Shown piece by piece: positions 1 to 7,745 of a DNA stretch of 38,086 nucleotides. The translations under genes and the position numbers were made by a program. The notes beneath the pieces are model-generated. The model saw only the letters and a list, made by a program, of their open reading frames with translations. It did no database searches and was not told where the DNA came from. The stretch is from Legionellales bacterium (lineage in GTDB: Bacteria > Pseudomonadota > Gammaproteobacteria > UBA1113), in assembly GCA_013043985.1 (NCBI GenBank), contig JABEVJ010000323.1, forward strand, positions 1 to 38,086, read 5' to 3'. Every line of letters begins with the position of its first letter. Position 1 is the first letter of the stretch.

Positions 1-909
1 CGAGGGCACGCCGCAGGCGATACTTGTCGCCAATTTTTTGCTCCTTTTGGCGGACTCGGAGTCCCAAAAGGTTTAGCAAAAAATGGCGACACACTGGTAT
101 TATTAGCTGCTGAACGAGTAATTAGCGAGCAGGATACTGATAGTGATCTAAAACTGCTTTTAGCACCAGGATCATCTTTAGGCGGTGCCAGACCTAAAGC
201 TTCGGTTATTGATAAAGACGGTTCATTAGCCATTGCAAAATTTTCACATAAAGATGATGAAAATAATACGGTACTTTGGGAGGCGTTAGCCTTAACGTTA
301 GCAGAAAAAGCAAAGATAACTATACCTAGTTGGCGTATTGAAAATATTGCAGGCAAATCAGTACTGATTTTGCAACGTTTTGACAGAATTGAAAAAAAAC
401 GATTACCATACCTTTCTGCTATGAGTATGCTTGGTGCGCATGATAATGAACCACGCAGCTATTTAGAAATAGTAGATGCGATCAGACAATATGGTGCTGA
501 TGTTAAAAAAAACACTCACCAGTTATGGCGAAGAATAATATTTAATATTCTCATTTCTAATACGGATGACCATCTTCGAAATCATGCTTTTATTTATTCA
601 AATGCACAAGGTTGGGAGTTATCGCCAGCATATGATTTGAATCCAATATCCCCTGCCATTAAACCAAGGATATTGACTACAACTATCGATCTTGATGATG
701 GCACCGCGTCACTTGATTTGGCATTAAGTGTTATAGATTATTTTGATTTAAATTTATCTGAAGCAAAAAAAATTATACAAGAAGTTGCCATATCGGTAGC
801 GCAGTGGCGTAATGACGCCTTACGCATTGGACTGACTAAAATGGAAATTGATCAGATGGCCTCAGCTTTTGAACATGAAGATTTAGAAAAAGCGAGGAAT
901 ATAAAATAA
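1..909 (+). CDS. hipA: HipA-family Ser/Thr kinase toxin, 5' end cut by window edge
   Basis: Frame 1 is open from base 1 to the stop at 907-909. The translation contains GSSLGGARPKA (HipA P-loop-like motif) and NTDDHLRNHAF (HipA_C catalytic loop D-x-H-x-x-N). Confidence 0.8.
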   Translation, partial: RGHAAGDTCRQFFAPFGGLGVPKGLAKNGDTLVLLAAERVISEQDTDSDLKLLLAPGSSLGGARPKASVIDKDGSLAIAKFSHKDDENNTVLWEALALTLAEKAKITIPSWRIENIAGKSVLILQRFDRIEKKRLPYLSAMSMLGAHDNEPRSYLEIVDAIRQYGADVKKNTHQLWRRIIFNILISNTDDHLRNHAFIYSNAQGWELSPAYDLNPISPAIKPRILTTTIDLDDGTASLDLALSVIDYFDLNLSEAKKIIQEVAISVAQWRNDALRIGLTKMEIDQMASAFEHEDLEKARNIK

Positions 910-947
910 ACATGCAGGAAAAAATTAAAATATATATGCTCAACGTA

Positions 948-1028
948 ATTGCTTCGTCGTAAACTCCTCGCAATGACGAGGTTTTTTCGGCTTCTGTTAT
1001 GTACAGAGCCATAAGTTAGTGGCATTGG
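948..1028. repeat. Family-1 MITE-like repeat, partial copy (half core plus outer extension)
   Basis: attgcttcgtcgtaaactcctcgcaatgacgagg matches the cores at 6139-6270 and 19010-19145. Its reverse complement aligns over about 80 nt with 4960-5044. The hairpin cctcg-caatga-cgagg plus T6 (966-987) could act as the hipA terminator. Confidence 0.75.
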
Positions 1029-1041
1029 AGTATGGTTTACC

Positions 1042-1200
1042 TTATGAATAACGAAACTCATGTTTAGCTTGTGATTCAAGCAATGCAGCAATTGCTTCTG
1101 CGGATTTTCCCCATCCTTTTAAAGTGTCAATTAATAAGAGAATATTTTTATCCCGTATAATATGGGCAATTTGTAATCCAGATTTTGCAGAGAGAGTCAT
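1042..1200 (-). CDS. Small hypothetical protein (52 aa), below the ORF-track cutoff
   Basis: My own translation gives ATG (1198-1200 rc) ... TAA, MTLSAKSGLQIAHIIRDKNILLLIDTLKGWGKSAEAIAALLESQAKHEFRYS. It is preceded by AGGGAGAG about 8 nt upstream. I recognise no family. Confidence 0.3.
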   Translation of the reverse strand: MTLSAKSGLQIAHIIRDKNILLLIDTLKGWGKSAEAIAALLESQAKHEFRYS

Positions 1201-1347
1201 GTCTAGGCTCTCCCTGTTTTGTCCATTTTCTGTAATTAACAGTTCGTACTTGTTAATTTCCTTACAATTTGATTGCAGCAGTTAAAGGGTGAGATTTATA
1301 TAAGCACATAACAAGCAGTATTGTATCGAATAATTATTAATAAATGA

Positions 1348-2937
1348 TTAATTTTCCATAATCATTGAATAAACCGAAATAAGCGGTGTATTTTTGGTAT
1401 AACCCGTCACCGTTGCTCGAAGCACACCCTCAGTATTGGCAGGCAGGGCGTCAATAATTTTACCTTTAGGCGAAATAACTGCAGTGATGCCATTATTATT
1501 GACGACTATCATCGGTCGTCCAGTTTCAAGCGCTCGCACTTGACTGATTTGTAATTGTTGTTCGGCAGCAATTGAGCCAGCAAACCAGCTATCATCACTA
1601 ATATTAATTAAAATATTGGCCTTATCCACTTGATACCAAATCAGCGAGGGGTAAGCTACTTCGTAACAAATGCTTGGACTAAACCACAAGCCATCAATAT
1701 CAAGCAGCGTCGATTTTTGCGTACCTGGTGTTAAATCCGACATCGGAATATTAAAAAAATTAATCAAGCCACGAAGCCAGTGCTGGAAAGGAAAGTATTC
1801 GCCAAAAGGAACCAGATGTCGTTTTTCATAACTTCCTTCTGACTGGCCTAAGACAAGCATCCCATTATAAAGCTTTTCACTGCTATCACTTAAAATGGTT
1901 CCAAGCAAGAGAGTACTTTGATGTGATAGGGCATTTTCACTGACTTGAGCCAGAAAATTAGGCACGTAATAGGTGGGGGTCGGCACGGAGCCTTCCGGCC
2001 AGACAATCAGGTTACGTCCTAACTCGGATTTTGTTAATCGCTGATAGGTAGCGAGGATTTGACTAAAATGCTGTGGATCCCATTTGATATCTTGGGTGAT
2101 ATTGCCTTGTATCAAGCTGACAGTTAGAGGCGAGGGGAGGGGCGTTGTCCATTTGATTGAGTCAATCGACGCGCCAATACCAAACAGCAAACCAAGCAAA
2201 AGAAAGCAGCCAATTTTTATACTCTTCGCACTTGAATTTTTGGCGTTGTTGCAAGCTCGCTCGGCATCGGTCATGTATTCGGTATACACTCCCTCGTCTC
2301 CCTCGCTTGCGCCTAGCCAAAAATCCAATCGCTTTGAGTATATTTTAGAATGGCTTGTCTTCATGCAAATCAAATAAATAAGTACTGAGCATAAGGCAGT
2401 TATCGTGCTGACACCATAAACACCTACCAAAGGAAAAAATCCTTGTAAAGGTGTGTTGATTTGGCTGTATCCGAGTAATACCCAAGGAAATCCACTGCCT
2501 ACCCAGCTTCGCAGCCATTCACCGAACAACCAAGTCAAGGGGAAAAAAACCAGCAGACGCCAAGTGGCTGGGGTCGGGGTCAGTAATCGAAAGAGAAACA
2601 GGCTTACTGTTGGAAAAAGAGCGAGTGTCGCTATAAAGAGGCCAGTCAAGAGCACCGCCAGAGCTGGGTTAGTTCCACCAAAGGTATGAATACTGATATA
2701 GACCCATGAGGCTGATATGCCAAAAAAACCGATCCCAAATAGCCAGCCATAAAGTGCAGCAGTGTATTTGGAGCCAGATAAAGCAAGCCAGAGTAATATA
2801 GCGGGAGCAATAAATGAAAAAAACGCTAAATTAAATGGAGCAAACCCAAGGGCAAGACTTGCGCCTGCCAGAAGAGCAATAATTAGGCTGATTGCTTGAG
2901 AAAGTTTGTAAAATGCTGTTTTAGAGATAGCTTTCAT
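1348..2937 (-). CDS. lnt: Apolipoprotein N-acyltransferase carrying an in-frame repeat-derived insertion
   Basis: It has multiple N-terminal hydrophobic segments followed by a nitrilase-like domain. The Lnt catalytic triad contexts VWPEGS, YEKRHLVPFGEY and SICYE are present. The start overlaps the upstream gene stop (TAATG). Confidence 0.9.
   Translation of the reverse strand: MKAISKTAFYKLSQAISLIIALLAGASLALGFAPFNLAFFSFIAPAILLWLALSGSKYTAALYGWLFGIGFFGISASWVYISIHTFGGTNPALAVLLTGLFIATLALFPTVSLFLFRLLTPTPATWRLLVFFPLTWLFGEWLRSWVGSGFPWVLLGYSQINTPLQGFFPLVGVYGVSTITALCSVLIYLICMKTSHSKIYSKRLDFWLGASEGDEGVYTEYMTDAERACNNAKNSSAKSIKIGCFLLLGLLFGIGASIDSIKWTTPLPSPLTVSLIQGNITQDIKWDPQHFSQILATYQRLTKSELGRNLIVWPEGSVPTPTYYVPNFLAQVSENALSHQSTLLLGTILSDSSEKLYNGMLVLGQSEGSYEKRHLVPFGEYFPFQHWLRGLINFFNIPMSDLTPGTQKSTLLDIDGLWFSPSICYEVAYPSLIWYQVDKANILINISDDSWFAGSIAAEQQLQISQVRALETGRPMIVVNNNGITAVISPKGKIIDALPANTEGVLRATVTGYTKNTPLISVYSMIMEN
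2218..2342. mobile_element. Family-2 palindromic MITE-like element inserted in frame inside lnt
   Basis: The termini tatactcttcgcacttgaattt ... gctttgagtata and the interior align with the copies at 4108-4231, 9286-9412 and 25627-25753. Element plus one TA is 123 bp, which is 41 codons. Confidence 0.8.
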
Positions 2938-4103
2938 TAAGCATTTATCTTTCCGAGTGCATACGCGAGATCATCCTGTAAATCGTGTACATCCTCAATA
3001 CCCACGGAAAGACGCGCTAAGCCATCACTTATCCCAAGCAGAGCGCGTTGCTCAGGCGGAATAGAGGCATGGGTCATAATTGCAGGATGCTCTATCAGAC
3101 TTTCAACGCCGCCCAAGCTTTCTGCCAGGGCAAACAGATGGCAGTTTTCGAGAAAAATACGTGATGGCTCAAGACCACCTTTAATCACGATGCTGATCAT
3201 GCCACCAAAACCTTTCATTTGAGTAGTCGCTAACTCATGTTGCGGATGGCTTTTTAATCCGGGATAAATGACACGCTCAATAGCAGGATGAGACTCAAGC
3301 CAGGTAGCCAGTTTCATTGCTGACTCACAATGACGTTCCATCCGCAATGCCAGTGTTTTTACTCCCCGCAGTGCTAAAAAGCTATCAAATGGGCCTGCAA
3401 TTGCACCAATGGCATTTTGCAGAAAAGCCATTTTTTCAATTAATGCATCGTTGTCATTAACGATCACAATCCCGTTAACAACATCAGAGTGGCCATTAAT
3501 ATATTTTGTTGCGGAGTGTACGACAATATCGCAACCATAAGTCAATGGTTGTTGCAACAAGGGGGTGGCAAAGGTATTGTCAGCCACAACAAGCAGATTG
3601 TGTTTTTTGGCAATGGCAACAATAGCTTTGAGATCAGCCAGCTTTAACATGGGATTGGTTGGTGTTTCAACCCAGAGCATACGGGTTTTTGGGGTAATCG
3701 CTGCTTCAATTTGACCGATATCGGTCATGTCAATGAAGGAAAAATGGAGACCTGCTGAGCGTCTTCGTACTTTGTCAAATAACCGAAAAGTACCGCCATA
3801 GAGATCGTCCATCGCTATCACATGATCACCATGATCGAGTAATTCCAGGATCGTGGAAATAGCGGCCATACCCGATGCAAAAGCAAAACCAGCTTTACCT
3901 TGCTCAAGCTCAGCTATACAGCGTTCATAAGCAAAGCGGGTGGGGTTTTGAGTGCGGGAATATTCATAGCCTTTATGAACCCCGGGACTTGATTGTACGT
4001 AGGTTGAGGTTGCATAGATAGGTTGCATGACCGCGCCAGTTGTCGGATCAGGTGTTTGTCCTGCGTGGATAACTTGGGTTGCAATGTGATAGGGTTTTGT
4101 CAT
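2937..4103 (-). CDS. Cys/Met-metabolism PLP-dependent enzyme (cystathionine gamma-lyase / gamma-synthase / beta-lyase family)
   Basis: The PLP-lysine context HSATKYINGHSD and the family-typical N-terminus TQVIHAGQTPDPTTGAV are present. I chose the start at MTKPYH (4101-4103 rc) because the 20 upstream codons read into a MITE and GAGGAG lies 6 nt upstream of this ATG. Confidence 0.85.
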   Translation of the reverse strand: MTKPYHIATQVIHAGQTPDPTTGAVMQPIYATSTYVQSSPGVHKGYEYSRTQNPTRFAYERCIAELEQGKAGFAFASGMAAISTILELLDHGDHVIAMDDLYGGTFRLFDKVRRRSAGLHFSFIDMTDIGQIEAAITPKTRMLWVETPTNPMLKLADLKAIVAIAKKHNLLVVADNTFATPLLQQPLTYGCDIVVHSATKYINGHSDVVNGIVIVNDNDALIEKMAFLQNAIGAIAGPFDSFLALRGVKTLALRMERHCESAMKLATWLESHPAIERVIYPGLKSHPQHELATTQMKGFGGMISIVIKGGLEPSRIFLENCHLFALAESLGGVESLIEHPAIMTHASIPPEQRALLGISDGLARLSVGIEDVHDLQDDLAYALGKINA

Positions 4104-4107
4104 GTGA

Positions 4108-4231
4108 TACTCCTCGGAATTGAGTCTGCGGCGTTGTTGCTTTTGACGACTCGCCATCGTCATGTATTATGTATACACTCCTCGGTTCGTGTCAAAAGCG
4201 CCTAGCCGCAAACTCAATTCCAAGGAGTATA
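4108..4231. repeat. Family-2 palindromic MITE-like element (opposite orientation to 9286-9412)
   Basis: atactcctcggaattgagtctgcgg ... ccgcaaactcaattccaaggagtata. The reverse complement matches the left half of 9286-9412. An 18-bp fragment, gagtctgcggcgttgttg (4122-4139), is repeated at 4246-4263 next to the udk stop. Confidence 0.8.
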
Positions 4232-4267
4232 AACTCGATGTAGGTGAGTCTGCGGCGTTGTTGTTTT

Positions 4268-4897
4268 CTATTCAATGCCATTGAGCAGGTTATGCATTTT
4301 GGCCTTAATCATGTCAATCGCTATGCGATTTTCACCGCCGCGGGGTACAATAATATCAGCATAACGCTTAGATGGCTCGATAAACTGTAAAAACATGGGG
4401 CGCACATTCGCTTCATATTGTTCCAAAACTGATTCAATCGTTCTGCCGCGCTTGATGACATCACGCTGTAGCCGACGGAGCAGACAGATATCAAGTGGCG
4501 CATCCATAAAAATGCGGATATCGAGCAATTCACGAAGGGCAGGGTCAACCAGCAACATAATACCTTCTAAAACGATAATTTTGTGCGAGCCAATAGTTCT
4601 GGTTAGTTTGCTGCGGTTATGTACGGTGTAATCATAAAGAGGCAGCTCGACAGCAATGCCTTGTTGCAAGTTAGCAAGATGTTTACAAAGAAGATCGTGA
4701 TCGAATGCATTAGGGTGATCGTAATTGACGAAGGCTCTTTCTTCAAGAGTGAGCGAAGATTGTTCTTTGTAATAGGAATCTTCTGGAATGACAACAACCT
4801 GATCCGAGCCAAGCTCCGAAACGATCGTGTTTGCCAGGAGACTCTTACCGGAAGCCGAAGCACCCGCGATGCCAATGATAATAGTATTTTTTTTCAT
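4268..4897 (-). CDS. udk: Uridine kinase
   Basis: Walker [21 protein letters not shown], and the C-terminal [16 protein letters not shown] typical of Udk. I set the start at MKKNTIIIG because the longer ORF-track start reads into a repeat. Confidence 0.85.
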   Translation of the reverse strand: MKKNTIIIGIAGASASGKSLLANTIVSELGSDQVVVIPEDSYYKEQSSLTLEERAFVNYDHPNAFDHDLLCKHLANLQQGIAVELPLYDYTVHNRSKLTRTIGSHKIIVLEGIMLLVDPALRELLDIRIFMDAPLDICLLRRLQRDVIKRGRTIESVLEQYEANVRPMFLQFIEPSKRYADIIVPRGGENRIAIDMIKAKMHNLLNGIE

Positions 4898-4959
4898 GGT
4901 GAATTTGCTAGTTATGTGTGCAAGTAATTGTAACAGATATTTGGTTTGGAGTATATAGC

Positions 4960-5044
4960 CCAATGCTACTAACTTAAGGCGTTGTAGATAACAGAAACCA
5001 GAAAACCCTCGTCATTGCGAGGAGTTTACGACGAAGCAATCCAG
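4960..5044. repeat. Family-1 MITE-like repeat, partial copy
   Basis: ccaatgctactaacttaaggcgttgtagataacagaaaccagaaaaccctcgtcattgcgaggagtttacgacgaagcaatccag aligns with the reverse complement of 948-1028 and with the left arm of 6139-6270. Confidence 0.75.
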
Positions 5045-5190
5045 TGATTCCATAACGTTCGCCGTACCTAATTCGGTCTACTTTATCACCTATGTACGCG
5101 GCTCTCGTACGGAACGTAGCCGTCGTTTTTCACCTTCGTATAAGCATTATGACAGCGATTAAGACATCACTTTGCGGATAACATATTTCC

Positions 5191-5988
5191 TCAAGGATGG
5201 TTTAAGAGGGGAACGTCAGCTGTCTCTTGATTATTGTTGTTATTCAATGTTGCATCATCTTTAGATTGAAAATGAGTAAATCCATTATTGGTATCTTTGT
5301 AATAAGATGGCGACACTTTAGGCGGTGAGCCAAGTATAATTTGAGACTCAGCAGCTTGATTTTGTTCCAAATGCCATTTTATTTTTGATTTGATCATGTC
5401 AATTGCAAGGCGATTCTCACCTCCATTTGGCACAATAATATCAGCGTATTTTTGTGATGGTTCAATATATTTTATAAATCCTGGACGCACTGTTTTTTCC
5501 CATTGCTCAAAAACATCCTCTACAGTTCTTCCGCGTTTTTTAATATCACGCAGCGTTCGACGTATCAGGCATATATCAAGATCAGTATTCACAAAAAGCT
5601 TAAGATCAAACAAGTCCCTAAGGTTGTCGTCTGCTAACAACATAATCCCTTCCCAAATCACAATCTGATGAGGTTCAATGGTAGTTGTTTCAGGACTGCG
5701 ATTATGCTCTACAAAGTCGTAAATGGGTACTTGAATCGCGTTGCCGTTTTTTAAATCGGTCATTTGTTGATACTGAAGTTTAAGATCAAAAGCATCAAGC
5801 CTGTCGTAATTGTTCTTAACTCTTTCTTCTGGGGTCTTATCTGTTTGGTCTTTGTAATAAGAGTCTCCTGAGATGACCACAATTTGTTTGGAACCATATT
5901 TCTCAGTAATTTCCTTAGCAATGTTTTCGGCTAAGGTACTTTTCCCGGATCCTGATCCGCCAGAGATGACAATATTGATTGTTTTCAT
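5191..5988 (-). CDS. Uridine-kinase paralog with a roughly 55-aa low-complexity C-terminal extension
   Basis: Walker A SGGSGSGKS and DIIVPNGGENRLAIDM, collinear with the neighbouring udk. The NYDHPNAFD motif is changed to NYDRLDAFD. The tail is EQNQAAESQ...SPSYYKDT...NNNNNQETADVPLLNHP. Confidence 0.8.
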   Translation of the reverse strand: MKTINIVISGGSGSGKSTLAENIAKEITEKYGSKQIVVISGDSYYKDQTDKTPEERVKNNYDRLDAFDLKLQYQQMTDLKNGNAIQVPIYDFVEHNRSPETTTIEPHQIVIWEGIMLLADDNLRDLFDLKLFVNTDLDICLIRRTLRDIKKRGRTVEDVFEQWEKTVRPGFIKYIEPSQKYADIIVPNGGENRLAIDMIKSKIKWHLEQNQAAESQIILGSPPKVSPSYYKDTNNGFTHFQSKDDATLNNNNNQETADVPLLNHP

Positions 5989-6067
5989 AATAATTTCTCT
6001 TAGTATATTTTATAGAATTGTACATTTTTTAGCGACAAAGGTACGTCCAAGTTTCTCAGGGCATACC

Positions 6068-6100
6068 TATACCCATCGCACTTCAAGTGCGATGGGTATA
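6068..6100. repeat. 33-bp perfect palindrome resembling two joined family-3 terminal inverted repeats
   Basis: tatacccatcgcact-tca-agtgcgatgggtata. Compare the family-3 termini tatacccaagatacttcaaaatgc (30558) and tatacccattgtacttcaagatgc (rc of 23621). Confidence 0.6.
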
Positions 6101-6316
6101 TAATCGCTGCTGCGTAATTAGGAATTACAGCAAACTTGGGAAAACGCTCGTCATTGCGAGGAGTTTACGACGAAGCAATCCAGAGTGATTGTAAGTGTCA
6201 AGTCCTTGATTTTACACTTTTTCTACTAGATTGCTTCGTCGCTGCGCTTCCTCGCAATGACGCCTTCGTTGTCCTGTATTTGTCGCTAGTCCACATTACG
6301 CGGCATCGACTATATA
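6097..6316. mobile_element. Family-1 MITE-like element, most complete copy (tail-core-tail, about 220 bp)
   Basis: The termini tatataatcgctgctgcgtaat and attacgcggcatcgactatata are inverted repeats. The inner palindromic core is gaaaacgctcgtcattgcgaggagtttacgacgaagcaatccag ... ctagattgcttcgtcgctgcgcttcctcgcaatgacg. Confidence 0.8.
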
Positions 6317-6347
6317 CGCCTAAATATAAAAGCACAAGACGGAAACT

Positions 6348-7745
6348 TTATTTAAAAGGACTCACTGTGTAAGGTTGTTGCGGTGAAGGTGCATTTGGAG
6401 CTAAAGGCGGATTATTTGGGCACTGTGCATAATAATCGGGTGTTTGAAAGTAAGAAGGACTTTGCCGAGGTGCATTAGGCTGACTGTAAGAAAAGGGCAG
6501 GTTGGAGACAAAATTCGAGCTGGGTAGCATTTGCGGCGGTTGTGCAACGGATAGAGGCGGGTTATTTTTGAGCGCTGCTTTGAATCCATGAAACTCGTAA
6601 ACTTGTTGATTATTTGCTGTTTTTATGGAGTTCACATTAAAATACTGACCTAATTGTTTAAGTGCATATTGAGTTGATAGGTGAACATTTGCCTTAGGGA
6701 CAAACAGAATCTTATTTCCTGATTGCTGAATCAAGAAGTGTTCTGCCAGAAAAGGATCTTGATGTTTTAGGTAAGCTGCAACTTCGTTTGGATGAGTTGG
6801 GTTTGCCAGAGAGCCAGCCTCCTGTTCTACGCTAGAGACTATCAGAGGAGATGTCATTGCAGATGCCTGTTGCTGAAGTGTGGACTGCCTTTGAAGTGGC
6901 TTGGAAGGTTGAAATACACGATCAATACGAGCGTAAAAGGGTCTCAGGGGAGCTGTAAAGAAACCAATAAGTCGCCATGCTAATGAAGGCCTAATTGATG
7001 ATCTGATTGAGTGAGGCAATAGCTCTGGATGGTTTAATCGAAAATTTCTAAAGGTTCCTGCCTGAGCTTTAATGTGGAGTGAACCTGTATATAAAGTGAT
7101 GGCCTCAGATTGTCCTTGACGTATCTTTTGTTGTTTTTTCCTGTTGTCAGCAGCTTGTTTAAGCTCTTTTTCAATAAAAGGGATTTGTCTTGCCAATGAT
7201 TGTTTTGAGTCAACTAAAGTAGCAGCCAAAGCAGAAATCATCGCAGAGTCCTGTGGGGCAACAAGCGGAATTTTAATCACTTTAGCTTTGGGCTCGAGGC
7301 GCGGGTAAGCTGCTTTCAGAGCTAATTTTGCGCCATTAATCGCCGCGTTAATATATTTATCAACGGAAGAATTGCTACAAGTATTAAAAACAACAATTTC
7401 TCCATTAGTATTACAAACCAGTGTGAGAAATTCGGTATTCAAAATCAGGCTTGGAAAGCAAAAAAAGGTATTATTGCTCTTGTTTATCAGATCGAGCGAT
7501 GCAGCCATATTGGTATAGATATTTGTGCTCAAGTGCTGAGGACGTGTACTGCCATGGCCTTGAGAGTCCTCTGTACTGGTGACGGTTTTGTAGATAAGAT
7601 TGGTTTTGGGAGTGATATCCGAATGGTTTACTGTTTGTGTGTTGAGATTACCAGGTATAAGCAGGGCAATATTATGCATTCCGATAGCTCGGGAAGAGGC
7701 AATAATGCCGTGAATATCAGAAGGCGTATAAAGATCATTTGCCAT
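6348..7745 (-). CDS. Orphan hypothetical protein (465 aa) with a Pro/Gln/Ser/Asn/Tyr-rich C-terminal tail
   Basis: A long uninterrupted ORF in a region without overlapping genes. I recognise no catalytic motif. The last ~75 aa are low complexity (NNPPLSVAQPPQMLPSS...SPSYFQTPDYYAQCPNNPPLAPNAPSPQQPYTVSPFK). Confidence 0.6.
   Translation of the reverse strand: MANDLYTPSDIHGIIASSRAIGMHNIALLIPGNLNTQTVNHSDITPKTNLIYKTVTSTEDSQGHGSTRPQHLSTNIYTNMAASLDLINKSNNTFFCFPSLILNTEFLTLVCNTNGEIVVFNTCSNSSVDKYINAAINGAKLALKAAYPRLEPKAKVIKIPLVAPQDSAMISALAATLVDSKQSLARQIPFIEKELKQAADNRKKQQKIRQGQSEAITLYTGSLHIKAQAGTFRNFRLNHPELLPHSIRSSIRPSLAWRLIGFFTAPLRPFYARIDRVFQPSKPLQRQSTLQQQASAMTSPLIVSSVEQEAGSLANPTHPNEVAAYLKHQDPFLAEHFLIQQSGNKILFVPKANVHLSTQYALKQLGQYFNVNSIKTANNQQVYEFHGFKAALKNNPPLSVAQPPQMLPSSNFVSNLPFSYSQPNAPRQSPSYFQTPDYYAQCPNNPPLAPNAPSPQQPYTVSPFK

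Noticed and set aside
852-1091. A 79-aa minus-strand ORF.
   Set aside because: It reads through the family-1 repeat (the peptide ...[13 protein letters not shown]... is repeat-encoded) and overlaps the hipA 3' end. The same reasoning applies to 6136-6372 and 18906-19133, which are translations of family-1 cores.
2084-2689. Plus-strand ORFs inside lnt (2084-2377, 2157-2348, 2453-2689), and similar antisense ORFs inside udk, ftsI, murE, murF, infB, ileS and others.
   Set aside because: All of them lie fully within well-supported genes on the opposite strand, and their sequences are compositionally odd (Arg/Ser/Cys-rich). I treat them as shadow ORFs.
4104-4163. A 20-codon N-terminal extension of the PLP trans-sulfuration enzyme (MTMASRQKQQRRRLNSEEYH).
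   Set aside because: It is encoded by the MITE terminus. The internal ATG at 4103 has a strong GAGGAG SD and matches the usual family N-terminus.
5045-5190. Partial inverted repeats (cgttcgccgtac ... gtacggaacg) in the udk-udk spacer, considered as a further MITE family.
   Set aside because: The arms are short and imperfect, and I found no second copy in the window. That is not enough to call an element.
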